From: a virus
Taxonomy: Duplodnaviria; Caudoviricetes
Virus record (IMG/VR): IMGVR_UViG_3300028888_000134
Span: 1,831-65,830 of that record
Strand: one strand, 5' to 3'
Length of the DNA: 64,000 bases
Under the pieces are notes generated by a model. The model was not told the DNA's origin. It saw nothing but the letters and a program-made list of their open reading frames with translations, and made no database searches. Both the position numbers and the translations under genes were made by a program. Positions 1 through 9,815 of the stretch are shown here, piece by piece (position 1 is the first letter of the stretch; each line of letters starts with the position of its first letter).

Positions 1-4
1 TATT

Positions 5-535
5 TTAAACTCTTATTTCGTCTAAATTCTCATCACTGTCATTGGGTAATTCGTCAACAGTTTCCAACTTGTGTTTAATATTGAGTGATGTTAGTAGATT
101 AAGAATTGAAAATTGTCCCTCAATGCCTCTGAATAACGTTTTCTCACCGAGAACAATAATAAATTCGCCTGTTTTTTCATTTACTTTTATGGTATATACT
201 AAATCACCCAATTTTTGTTCATCATTTTCTTTCAATTCATTTTTGAAAGACTCTTGAAGTTCATTCAATTTATCCAAATCAGTATCAGATAATCTTACAG
301 CATCATATTTTTTTATTAATTGGTTAAATGCTTTGCCTGTTGATTGCGCTGTTTTGAAACGCACATAATCATTTACATCAACATTCCTATAAACATATGT
401 TCTCCCTTGTTTGAACACAATCTTGACTGTTCTTGTTGGGGAACTTTGTGCATCATAACATTTACTATAAACAATGTTTGACGAATCATACCATACATGG
501 TCTTCTTGATTTACATAACGATTATAAACTATCAT
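5..535 (-). CDS. KTSC-domain protein
   Basis: N-terminal pattern SSNIVYSKCYD...IVFKQGRTYVYRNV...AQSTGKAFNQLIKKY matches the KTSC signature (SSxI...YD...VxFxxGxxYxYxxV...AxSxGxxfn). Confidence 0.7.
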   Translation of the reverse strand: MIVYNRYVNQEDHVWYDSSNIVYSKCYDAQSSPTRTVKIVFKQGRTYVYRNVDVNDYVRFKTAQSTGKAFNQLIKKYDAVRLSDTDLDKLNELQESFKNELKENDEQKLGDLVYTIKVNEKTGEFIIVLGEKTLFRGIEGQFSILNLLTSLNIKHKLETVDELPNDSDENLDEIRV

Positions 536-633
536 AATGATTGAATATTGGATTAAACAAAACTTATTAATCCAATATAATACAAATATTGCTATTTTCC
601 AAAATATTTATAAAAAAAATAAAGATTCAAAAT

Positions 634-1683
634 ATGAAGCATTTAGGACAGATAATTTCAGAGCGTGTTTATCGTCACTTTAAGAGATTATGTGAAGTAA
701 GGTACATTGACACAAAGAGCGAGAAGTATAGGGGAAGGGTTTACAAAAAAAATCCATTTGATGTATATAATCAGGAACCAATAAAAAACAATGAGAAAAT
801 AAGGGTGTATCACGGTTGCTCATTGAAAACTGCTGTTGATTGGGCTATTAATGGTACAAGTGGCAGAGTGTATCATCCACGAAAATATTCTTATGAAAGT
901 GGTATGAATCCGCTTGGTGTTTTTGTGACTGTTGATTTTGAAAAAGCAAAGGGTTTTGGTGATGACTATGAATGTCCTTGCGTTGTAGAATTCACTGCAT
1001 CAGCAAGTGATTTGGAAAGTCCTGTATGGAATGGTAGTGACAGTTATTTTGTGCAAGGCTCTAATCCTCAACCATTTAAAGACAAACAAGAACGTGATGC
1101 TCAGAAACAAAAATATGATGCTGATGCAAGAAGTATAAAGGATGATACATATTGGGATTATAGAAAAAACAAAGAAGTTAAAATTTCATATGACCACATA
1201 AGGAATTCTGACAAACCAGCAATGGCAATGAACATTTTCAACAACTATGAGCACCAAGCATTGTTTATGGGAAATTTGAATCCAAATCAGATAAAACGCA
1301 TTTGGATTAATCCAAAAGATGAAAAAACAGGTTATGTCAGCACTGAGAAGTCATATATACCTTTAACAGTAAGGGAGTTTCTTAAACGTTACAGAGATAA
1401 GGAATTCAGTGTCGAAGGAAGTTATGGAAAAAAACAGAGGATACAAAGAAACAAATATTATCTTCCAAATGAAGATTTCAAGGGTTTTGATGACTTTTTC
1501 GACCGTCTTGGAAAAGAACATGGGTGGGAATTCACAAAAAAAGAGAGAGAAGACAATTTAAGGAATATAATGCAATATGACCATTATAAGGAAACTGTTA
1601 CAAATCATATGTGGCCAAGACAGATAATACAGGCATTTGGGCAAGATTTCTTTGATGAATATTTCAATAGATTTGGACAATAG
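634..1683 (+). CDS. Putative ADP-ribosyltransferase-fold protein, possibly virion-packaged
   Basis: RVYHGCS ... LGVFVTVDFEKAKGFG ... VVEF resembles the ART core strands. Start moved to ATG 634, just after a TATTTATA motif at 605-612. N-terminus carries ISE/LCE sites. Confidence 0.5.
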   Translation: MKHLGQIISERVYRHFKRLCEVRYIDTKSEKYRGRVYKKNPFDVYNQEPIKNNEKIRVYHGCSLKTAVDWAINGTSGRVYHPRKYSYESGMNPLGVFVTVDFEKAKGFGDDYECPCVVEFTASASDLESPVWNGSDSYFVQGSNPQPFKDKQERDAQKQKYDADARSIKDDTYWDYRKNKEVKISYDHIRNSDKPAMAMNIFNNYEHQALFMGNLNPNQIKRIWINPKDEKTGYVSTEKSYIPLTVREFLKRYRDKEFSVEGSYGKKQRIQRNKYYLPNEDFKGFDDFFDRLGKEHGWEFTKKEREDNLRNIMQYDHYKETVTNHMWPRQIIQAFGQDFFDEYFNRFGQ

Positions 1684-1744
1684 GTTTGAATAAACCATTA
1701 AAATTTTTTATCTTTATAAAAGGATTTTTTTATAGTTTTGTTAA

Positions 1745-4288
1745 ATGGCAGAAAAAAAATTTACAAACGAGTTAAAACAGACATTTGACTATATACAAAA
1801 CACCATATTGAAAGAATATGATTGTGACAAGATACCAACGGAATATTTCATATTGTCAGTATTGGAAAATAATGATTCAATAGCAAATAAGGTCTTGTCG
1901 AAAATAATGCTTCACAATAATATTGAGGAATGTAAATTACATTTTTACCAATGGTTGTCACAAAATGCCAAGAGCATGGGTGGTGTAAAAGCATATGATG
2001 AAGTTTTTGACAAAAGCATCAATGATGCAAATTTGCTTGCAACACAACAAAAATCAAAAACAATAAATTCAGGACATGTTCTTCTGTCAATAATCAATAA
2101 TAATTCTGAAATAAGGAGTTATTTTAAAACAATGGGTGTTACCGTTGGACAAATAAACACACAAGTCATAGAGGAAACCAACACAATAAATGAAGATGAA
2201 AAAAATAAAAATGAGAGTGATTTTACAAGAGAACAGCCAGTAAAACATGTTAAAAAACCAAAAAAAAGCAATGTAGTTCAACAACCAACACATACAATTG
2301 TTATCGGTGACGGTAATGATGTTATTATGGCTGCGTTGACACAGCAGATGGGAAAACAGAATTCAGTTGGTGAATGTGAGAGGACTTTTGTCAATCTGAA
2401 TGAAAAAGCAAAGAAATTCCAAATAGACACAATATGCGGAAATGATGATGTATATCAGGAGATTTTCAGTATATTGTCAAAAAGGAATAAAAATAATGTA
2501 ATCATTACAGGAAAAAGCGGTGTTGGAAAATCAGAAACTGTCAGAAATCTTGCAAACAAATTAATTGATGGAAGTGTTCCAAAAAGTTTTAGTGACAAGA
2601 CACTTTTAGAAGTTGATTTTGGTGCATTGTTTGCCAATACTGGAATGAGGGGTGCATTTGAAGCAAAATTCAAGGCAATAATGTCAGATGCAATTGAAAA
2701 AGGAAACTATATTTTCTTTATGGATTCAATACACTCTGTTTTGAATAGCAAATTTAACGAGAGTGACGTTGAATCATTCATTGAGGCTGTTATGAAAGAG
2801 AAAAACATAATGCTGATATGCACTTGTTCAGAAAAGGGATATACAAAAGAAATTTCAGATTACCCAGAATGGGAAAGATTTTTTGAAAAAATCGTTTTGG
2901 AAGAACCAAATGATGAACAATGCTTGGACATTTTAAAACATCATGCACAGAAATTGGAGTTTTATCATAATGTAAGATATGATGATGATGTGTTTGACAC
3001 TTGTATCAAATATTGCAAAAGATATATAACAGAAAGGAATTTACCAGATTCCGCAATTGACATTTTGGATAAGGCAGGTGCCAAAATGAGTCTTAAAGAG
3101 ATTGAAAATGAGAATATCAGAATAGCAAGGCAAAAACTGTTTGATTTGAGAAAGGAAAAGGAACGTTTGAAGTTGTCAACACTGAAAAAAGACTATGACA
3201 AACTTGATGAAGTCACAAGAGAGGAGATAAATCTGCAAAGCATTTTGGATTTTGCCATTAAATCACATAACTTGGAAAGACAACCATTTGTCATAACATC
3301 AAATGACATAAAAGAATGTGTGTCAGAGAAAACAAATGTTCCAACAAAAGACTTAAGTGCTGATGACAAAGACAAATTGAAAAACCTAAATGAGAGGATT
3401 AAGAAAATTGTCATTGGGCAAGATGAGGCTGTTGATGTTGTATGCAAGGCGATAAAAAGACAAAGAATCGGTATAAGCAACCCAAATAAACCTGTTGTTT
3501 TTTTGATGGCTGGTAGTACAGGTGTTGGAAAAACCTATCTTGCAAAGACAATAGCAAAAGAAGTGTTCGGTGATGAGAGGAAAATGGTAAGGCTTGATAT
3601 GTCAGAGTATGCTGACAAAACAAGTGTTAACAAAATTTTAGGAAGCAATCCTGGTTATATCGGATTTGAAAATGGTGGCATTTTGACTGAAGCAGTTAAG
3701 AAAAACAAACATTGTGTGTTGTTGCTTGATGAAATAGAAAAGGCTGATGAAGAAGTTCATAATACGTTTTTGTCATTGTTTGATGAAGGAAAATTGACTG
3801 ACAATAAGGGTGTGAGCGTTGATTTTAGAAATGTAATTGTCTGTATGACATCAAATGTCGGTGCAAAGGAAGTTGATGAAAGAGGAAATGGAATCGGTTT
3901 TGCTACGATTGATGAGGATGATTTGAAAAGAGAAATAATCGAAAAGGAGTTGAAAAGAAAATTCAAACCAGAGTTCATTAACAGAATTGACAAAATTGTC
4001 TATTTTAACAAACTTAATGATGAAAACATACAAAACATAATCAAATTGGAAATTGACAAGGTGAGAAAAAGACTTGAAGACATTGGGTTTGGCTTGGAAA
4101 GTGATGAAAATTTAATAAATCTTATTGACAATATATATAATAAGGTGAAAGAACAAAAAAACATGGGTGCAAGACCAATAATAAGAGAAATCCAAACACA
4201 ATTGGAAGACAAAATCACAGATTATGTCATTGATAATGATATTGAAAAAGGATATTTTTTCAAAGAAAGTGATATTTATAATAAATAA
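1745..4288 (+). CDS. clpC: ClpC-like Hsp100 AAA+ unfoldase with degenerate NBD1
   Basis: Clp N-repeats; NBD1 Walker A GKSGVGKS; short coiled-coil M domain; NBD2 GSTGVGKT, GYIGF pore loop, LLLDEIEKA, GARP sensor-2; ClpP-docking loop GIGF. Confidence 0.9.
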   Translation: MAEKKFTNELKQTFDYIQNTILKEYDCDKIPTEYFILSVLENNDSIANKVLSKIMLHNNIEECKLHFYQWLSQNAKSMGGVKAYDEVFDKSINDANLLATQQKSKTINSGHVLLSIINNNSEIRSYFKTMGVTVGQINTQVIEETNTINEDEKNKNESDFTREQPVKHVKKPKKSNVVQQPTHTIVIGDGNDVIMAALTQQMGKQNSVGECERTFVNLNEKAKKFQIDTICGNDDVYQEIFSILSKRNKNNVIITGKSGVGKSETVRNLANKLIDGSVPKSFSDKTLLEVDFGALFANTGMRGAFEAKFKAIMSDAIEKGNYIFFMDSIHSVLNSKFNESDVESFIEAVMKEKNIMLICTCSEKGYTKEISDYPEWERFFEKIVLEEPNDEQCLDILKHHAQKLEFYHNVRYDDDVFDTCIKYCKRYITERNLPDSAIDILDKAGAKMSLKEIENENIRIARQKLFDLRKEKERLKLSTLKKDYDKLDEVTREEINLQSILDFAIKSHNLERQPFVITSNDIKECVSEKTNVPTKDLSADDKDKLKNLNERIKKIVIGQDEAVDVVCKAIKRQRIGISNPNKPVVFLMAGSTGVGKTYLAKTIAKEVFGDERKMVRLDMSEYADKTSVNKILGSNPGYIGFENGGILTEAVKKNKHCVLLLDEIEKADEEVHNTFLSLFDEGKLTDNKGVSVDFRNVIVCMTSNVGAKEVDERGNGIGFATIDEDDLKREIIEKELKRKFKPEFINRIDKIVYFNKLNDENIQNIIKLEIDKVRKRLEDIGFGLESDENLINLIDNIYNKVKEQKNMGARPIIREIQTQLEDKITDYVIDNDIEKGYFFKESDIYNK

Positions 4289-4366
4289 TGTTTGATTATA
4301 ATGTGGTATATCTGTAAATGACGGGTAAGGGATATATCATATATCAATGAGTATAAAAATATAGAT

Positions 4367-5497
4367 ATGATACCAGATATTTCTGAAATAGGTGAATTTT
4401 CATATTCATGGGATTTTGACCAAGATGAATATGAAGAATATATTCAAGAAAATGATTTGGAGAAAAACCAAGAAACATTGCTTGAATATATAAAAAACTA
4501 TGTATCATTTGATTTGGAATTTTATGATAATGTCTATTTTCATAGATTTGACGGTAATACGATGACACTTGAAGAGATATCTGATGAATTCGGTGACGCA
4601 CTTGCAAACAGAATACTTTCTGATTGTTCGGAAGAAAACGAAGGAAGATGTGAAACGTGTGAAATAATTGATGATGAAATTGATATCAATAATTCAGATG
4701 AACTGAATGCTTTGGCAAAAAAAATGTTGCAACATGGAGAATATTATAAAGATTGCAGAGGTTTCATTTTGTCTGATGGTGAGGTTGTATATACGCCAAA
4801 TGAACATAACGAATGTACAAGAATAAACGGAATAAACAATAAATTCCAATTCATTTCACTTGGAAACATAAGAGTGCTGCCGAATTCCATTGACATAGGA
4901 AAAGAACCAACACAACAGCAAAGAAACGTTCTTAGGCAAGTAATAAATTCATATGCAAACGATGAATTATATTTGGATATTTTTGATAACAATAAAGAAT
5001 TTTCCTGTCAATACATTAATCCACAATGGAGATATGTATTAGGTGAAATAGACAGATATTATAATGAGGGGATAAAACCAATTGGAAAAGTTTTTTATAA
5101 TGAAAGCAAATCAAAAAACAAAACAATTATAATTGATGAGGATAAAGAACAAGAAATCATTGGCAATATACTGAATGAGGTTTTTTATCCAACAACCGAA
5201 AAGGTGTTGTATATTACAAAATATCTTGATAGAAATTTTGCAAAACAACAACTGGATAGCCTTGATGATAATGGATATCCAACAAAAGAAAAAACAGTTG
5301 TGTTGCTTTCAAATGAAAAACAACCCTTGAAAACACTTAATATGAAGGAATTTCTGAGGTTGCTTGATGATAAATTCCAAAAAATCATTAAAGACAAAGA
5401 AGACAGAAGAAAATTCCTTAAGCAAGTTATAAAGGATTGGTATTTGAAAAACAATGGAATCAAAACAGGAATGTTAAGTGTTAATTTCATAAAATGA
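4367..5497 (+). CDS. Hypothetical multidomain protein with internal leader/processing motif
   Basis: 376-aa ORF; acidic N-domain; internal KTIIIDEDKEQEIIGNILNE motif precedes a C-terminal domain. Confidence 0.75.
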   Translation: MIPDISEIGEFSYSWDFDQDEYEEYIQENDLEKNQETLLEYIKNYVSFDLEFYDNVYFHRFDGNTMTLEEISDEFGDALANRILSDCSEENEGRCETCEIIDDEIDINNSDELNALAKKMLQHGEYYKDCRGFILSDGEVVYTPNEHNECTRINGINNKFQFISLGNIRVLPNSIDIGKEPTQQQRNVLRQVINSYANDELYLDIFDNNKEFSCQYINPQWRYVLGEIDRYYNEGIKPIGKVFYNESKSKNKTIIIDEDKEQEIIGNILNEVFYPTTEKVLYITKYLDRNFAKQQLDSLDDNGYPTKEKTVVLLSNEKQPLKTLNMKEFLRLLDDKFQKIIKDKEDRRKFLKQVIKDWYLKNNGIKTGMLSVNFIK

Positions 5498-5530
5498 AAA
5501 AATGGGTAAAAAAATTATCCATTTTTTTTA
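5497..5530 (+). terminator. Intrinsic terminator
   Basis: aaaaaatgggtaa / ttatccatttttt stem followed by a T run directly after the stop codon. Confidence 0.6.
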
Positions 5531-5606
5531 TTTTTAATAAATCCATCATATTTATATTATGATAACAACAAAAAAATAATATAATAATTTTTAAAAACAT
5601 TTTAAA

Positions 5607-7340
5607 ATGGCTGTTTTAAAGAAAATTAAATTTGGTGCATCAGGTACTGCGACTCCTATCGCAAAAACCGAAGTTACCGCAAAATCAGGTGGCGTAATGT
5701 CAGTTGCTGCACCTACAGGTGTGACTAATGGAATTGATGAAAATGCCGATTATCAGTATGAACTTGACGTTAACGTTGACGGTAGTACTATCGTAAAGTC
5801 TAATGGCAGTCTTGCTGTCGGTACTGTTCCCGCTGCAAACGTAAGTGTTGCTGCTGGTGGTCACAACCCAAGTGCTGACCCAGCAGACAATAAAACTTTT
5901 GAAGCAACAACAGTTGAGGGTGTCCTCACTGAGTTGAACAGCAAGATTTCCGCATCGGTTGCAACTTATACAATTGCAAAGGAAACCACAAACCTTGACA
6001 CAAACGTCAAAGAGCAATACAAGTTAAATCAGACTATCAATGGGACAACCACACAGGTTGGTGAAACAATCAAGATTTACAAGGATTCTTCTTTGTATAG
6101 TGCATATCTTGGTCATGTGGATGACACTATTACAAGTACAAGCGATCCTACTGTAATTGATGGTAGTGGATCTGAAGCACTTTGTTTCATATATTTGAAA
6201 ACTGATGGTACTTATGAGTTGGTTGCTGTTAATGTTGAGTCTTTCTTACAGGAATCTGAGTTTGGTGATGGCTTACAAGCAGATTCTTCCGCACACGTTG
6301 TTTCCGTAAAGAAAGATACATCGTCTGGTAAAGTCCGTACAGCAGCAGGTACTGGTGACACAGGTATGTCTGATGTCTTGACAGTTTCTTCAAGTGGTGT
6401 GAAGGTTGACAACATTCAGGCTGCTATTGATTATGCTGTTGGTGCTCTTGCAATCAGTGCTGCTGGTGACAACTATATCACAGCTGCTGTTGATACAAAT
6501 GATAACAAGAAAATCAATGTAACCGCTGATGTTCAGGCTTTGACTGCAACTGCTGGTACTCCAGGTACTTATAATTCGACAACAGGTGCACAAACTGCTG
6601 CTCCAACCGCAGGCACATTGACAGGTGTTGCTGACAGTCTTGCTGACGGTTCTGATATTGCAACTAAGGTCAAGACTTATGTTGATGGTGCTATTGCTAT
6701 TGAGGCTGCACGTGGTGATGCTCAGAACAAGGCTGACATTACTGCTGCAATTGCAGGTCTTGACGATACTGACACAGCATCAGCTGGACAGGTTGTAACC
6801 GCTGTTTCAACTGCTGATGGTATTGCAAACCCAACAAAGGCTGACCTCGCAGGCATCACTCTTGGTGGCTTCACAGCTGATGCAACCGCAAGTGGAAATA
6901 TTGCTTCAACTGATACACTTGGTGGTGCATTGAACAAATTGAGCAATGCAATTGCTGCTGCTGAAAGTGCTGCAAGTGCTGCACATACAATTGTTGACCA
7001 TGCAAGTGATAATACACACGTAACAGTTAGTGCTTCTCAACCAGACGCAACAACAGGTGCTGTTACTTATACCGTTACTGAAACTGATATTGCTTCTGCT
7101 TCTGATTTGGGTAGTGTTGTAAGCACTGTTGGATTGGGTGGAACTGCTGGTTCACGTTCAATTACCCCAACAACAAACTACGGTAATAATGCTACTACTG
7201 TAATGGGTAATATGCAGAACCTTGATACGCAAGTCAAGGCTAATGCAGATGCTATTGCAGCACTTCCGACAATTCAGTATGGTATCAGTGGTACTGAACT
7301 CACATTCTACGGAATGAGTGAATATGTTGCTGCACCTTAA
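5607..7340 (+). CDS. Ala/Thr-rich virion fibre or decoration protein
   Basis: 577 aa with capsid-like codon bias (ggt, gct, aac). Shares the KEQY...IxIYKxSSL...DGxGxxAL...NVxSFLxESE.DGL domain with 56102..57571. TATTTATA at 5551-5558. Confidence 0.7.
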   Translation: MAVLKKIKFGASGTATPIAKTEVTAKSGGVMSVAAPTGVTNGIDENADYQYELDVNVDGSTIVKSNGSLAVGTVPAANVSVAAGGHNPSADPADNKTFEATTVEGVLTELNSKISASVATYTIAKETTNLDTNVKEQYKLNQTINGTTTQVGETIKIYKDSSLYSAYLGHVDDTITSTSDPTVIDGSGSEALCFIYLKTDGTYELVAVNVESFLQESEFGDGLQADSSAHVVSVKKDTSSGKVRTAAGTGDTGMSDVLTVSSSGVKVDNIQAAIDYAVGALAISAAGDNYITAAVDTNDNKKINVTADVQALTATAGTPGTYNSTTGAQTAAPTAGTLTGVADSLADGSDIATKVKTYVDGAIAIEAARGDAQNKADITAAIAGLDDTDTASAGQVVTAVSTADGIANPTKADLAGITLGGFTADATASGNIASTDTLGGALNKLSNAIAAAESAASAAHTIVDHASDNTHVTVSASQPDATTGAVTYTVTETDIASASDLGSVVSTVGLGGTAGSRSITPTTNYGNNATTVMGNMQNLDTQVKANADAIAALPTIQYGISGTELTFYGMSEYVAAP

Positions 7341-7433
7341 TTTCATTTGAAAACATATGGTTAAGTTGGTTACTGTTATATAAATGGTAACTTACTTAAC
7401 CATAATTTAATAATCAGATAATTTTAAATAGAA

Positions 7434-7886
7434 ATGCCAGAAAATAATACAAACGCAATTACTTTACCTTCAACGGGTGTTATAACTACAGTAAGATTTG
7501 GAAGTGGTACACCACATGAAATTGGTCTTGGGACAAGTACACGTCAGGCAATAGAAGCGATGTTTGATGCTGTAAACACTACAATTGAAGATAATGAGGA
7601 AGTTGTGTCGAATTCTCTGAATGATTTGGAGGAACGTAAGGCTGATAAAAGTGGGTTGTCTGATTATGCTACTAAAACATGGATTGCTGACGAATATTAT
7701 TCAAAAGATGAAATTGATGATGCTGATAAGGTTGTCTCTTCTGCCTTGAATGTTTTGGAGCAAAACAAGGCTGACAAGGAGGACATACCAATACTTTATA
7801 ATACTACTGGTAGTGCAACTGATGGTACAATGACTCAAAATGCTATTACACAAGAATTACAAGTAATTAATTGTGGTAGTTATTAG
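7434..7886 (+). CDS. Small fibre-associated protein
   Basis: Two VxSxLNxLExxKADK repeats, a TGSATDGTMTQNAIT motif, and C-terminal INCGSY similar to the ends of the fibre genes at 51.6-57.6 kb. Confidence 0.65.
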   Translation: MPENNTNAITLPSTGVITTVRFGSGTPHEIGLGTSTRQAIEAMFDAVNTTIEDNEEVVSNSLNDLEERKADKSGLSDYATKTWIADEYYSKDEIDDADKVVSSALNVLEQNKADKEDIPILYNTTGSATDGTMTQNAITQELQVINCGSY

Positions 7887-7940
7887 TTTAAAGTCCATGT
7901 TCAAAACCATATAATAAGAATTAAACTTAATGTAAAAAAA

Positions 7941-8441
7941 ATGAATTTATTGTATTCAAGAGCAGAAGACGAAAAAAACATATGGAATTATGGTGGTGAA
8001 ATTGGCATCATACCTAAAAGTAGTGGTGGTGGTAGTTCTGAGAAGGATGCTGAACAGGATCAGAAAATAGATAGCAATACTCATGAAATTGAGGATGTTA
8101 AGCATTCTCTTGAAGAGAATGAGAGTCGTGATGATGAGCAACAACGTCAAATAGATGCGAATGCACAAGCAATTGCTGATAATAACGAAGTTGATAGGCA
8201 ACAACAGGGGCAACTTGATGCTAATGACGCACTTGATGTTCAACAGCAATCACAGATTGACTATAATCGAAGTGAATTAGAAGACACGATCAGAAGACTA
8301 AATGAAAACATTGCGAATGATTCGCTTCAACAAGACCAAATCAACGCCAATTCCTCAAATATCATACGTGTTGAGGGTGAGTTACCTACATTGGATATGG
8401 AGGGAACTACATTGGTTATTGGCAAAAAAGGTGAAACTTAA
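7941..8441 (+). CDS. Coiled-coil fibre-like protein
   Basis: Repeated D-x-x-QQ-x-Q-[IL]-[DN]-x-N units (DEQQRQIDAN, DRQQQGQLDAN, DVQQQSQIDYN, DSLQQDQINAN). Confidence 0.6.
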   Translation: MNLLYSRAEDEKNIWNYGGEIGIIPKSSGGGSSEKDAEQDQKIDSNTHEIEDVKHSLEENESRDDEQQRQIDANAQAIADNNEVDRQQQGQLDANDALDVQQQSQIDYNRSELEDTIRRLNENIANDSLQQDQINANSSNIIRVEGELPTLDMEGTTLVIGKKGET

Positions 8442-8468
8442 CTTTTGCTTTAACTCAGATATAAAAAC

Positions 8469-8510
8469 AATGGGATAGAAAGTCTAAAACCTACTATCCC
8501 ATTTTATTTT
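8469..8510. terminator. Bidirectional terminator between convergent genes
   Basis: aatgggatag / ctatcccatt 10-bp stem with A and T flanks. Confidence 0.7.
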
Positions 8511-9420
8511 AGAAATACATTTTTAAGTTTTCAACTATTAATGGATTGTGTGTAATGAATTCATTACAATAAGGCTCAATGTATTTTATTTTGTTATCAA
8601 CTTCCTTTATATATCTTTTTGCATATTTTTTAGAAGATGTGTGATACCTAATTAAACCATATTCTTTGAATAATTTATCCTCTTTTATCTGACGTATTAA
8701 ATCCATTAAGAAATCATCATTATTGTCTTTTTCACCAAAGTGACAACAAGGTAAATATTCACGATTTTCATTTAGAAAAATTGAACACCGTATGAAACAA
8801 TCGAAATTATTTTTATAATGTAATTTAAAATGTAGTTTGAATTCTTCAAGAGAGATGTTATCATTTATTATGATGTGTTCATCATCAAAATCTTGCCACT
8901 TTAAAGACGTTTCAGACAAATGATTAGATACGTCTGATATATTTGGTCTTACAATAAAGAAAACCTCACCAGAACGTTCTAAAATGGCTTCTCGCTCATT
9001 TGGAAACCTTACATCATCAATGGCAATTAGTCTGTCTTCACCATAACTTTCGATTTCTTCAATCATTTGTTTGACATGCCAGTCCTCATTGTATTTTCTG
9101 ATTAAATCAGTTCCGATTACTTGTAGTAGTTGCCTGATATTCGTTATATGGATGTTTTCAATTTCCTTTTTAATGTTGTCAATTGAGATACCTGTTTTAA
9201 TGTTTATTATATGAAACCATTTTTCATTTGGTACAACATCAAATGTATATCCGTTATCTTTTTTCTCTATTAGTTCTTGATATGAAATTCCCATTAAATC
9301 ACAGCAAAGATATTTGAGATAGTTTGCTATTGTGATTACGATGGCATTTTCCTCTTCTTGCAATAATTTTGCAAGAGAGGTTTTGCCACATCTTTTACGT
9401 CCAGCGAATGCCAATATCAT
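8509..9420 (-). CDS. Deoxynucleoside monophosphate kinase (T4 gp1-like)
   Basis: AFAGRKRCGKT P-loop, RQLLQVIGTDLIR, IDDVRFPNE motifs. Confidence 0.85.
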   Translation of the reverse strand: MILAFAGRKRCGKTSLAKLLQEEENAIVITIANYLKYLCCDLMGISYQELIEKKDNGYTFDVVPNEKWFHIINIKTGISIDNIKKEIENIHITNIRQLLQVIGTDLIRKYNEDWHVKQMIEEIESYGEDRLIAIDDVRFPNEREAILERSGEVFFIVRPNISDVSNHLSETSLKWQDFDDEHIIINDNISLEEFKLHFKLHYKNNFDCFIRCSIFLNENREYLPCCHFGEKDNNDDFLMDLIRQIKEDKLFKEYGLIRYHTSSKKYAKRYIKEVDNKIKYIEPYCNEFITHNPLIVENLKMYF

Positions 9421-9422
9421 AT

Positions 9423-9785
9423 TTAATCTTCTTCAATAAAATCATAGACATTTATTTCTTCCTCTTCGGGGATAAATGACAGATTATCATCCATATCACC
9501 ATTTTCCAATGTGTTTATTGACTTGATGATATTTTTAAAACTTTCTTTGTCTTTCGGCAATTCTTTTTGCTTCTTATTGTTTGGTGTTGTTACAAATTCA
9601 GTTATTACCTTAACATTGGAAATCTTTTTCTTGATGTGTGCTTTTTCAAGAACTTCATCATCAAACTGATAACCGTTTTTAATAAGGTTAAAAATTTCAC
9701 TTTTAGTTTCAACAAGTTCAGAAACTTTTGCTTTCTTGTTTTTTCCCAATTTAATTGAATCGCTCAATTTATAAATCTTGTCCAT
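9423..9785 (-). CDS. Hypothetical protein
   Basis: 120-aa ORF co-oriented and tightly packed with the kinase gene. Confidence 0.7.
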   Translation of the reverse strand: MDKIYKLSDSIKLGKNKKAKVSELVETKSEIFNLIKNGYQFDDEVLEKAHIKKKISNVKVITEFVTTPNNKKQKELPKDKESFKNIIKSINTLENGDMDDNLSFIPEEEEINVYDFIEED

Positions 9786-9815
9786 AATTTTAATAATTTT
9801 TTTGTATCATATTTT

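Noticed and set aside
1745-4288. Annotation as ClpB disaggregase
   Set aside because: The M domain is short and a GIGF ClpP-docking loop is present, which fits ClpC/ClpA type.
7884-7943. TAG read-through fusing 7434..7886 to the in-frame 7941 gene (18 open codons between)
   Set aside because: The upstream protein ends in INCGSY, the motif that terminates its paralogues, and 18 open codons can occur by chance.
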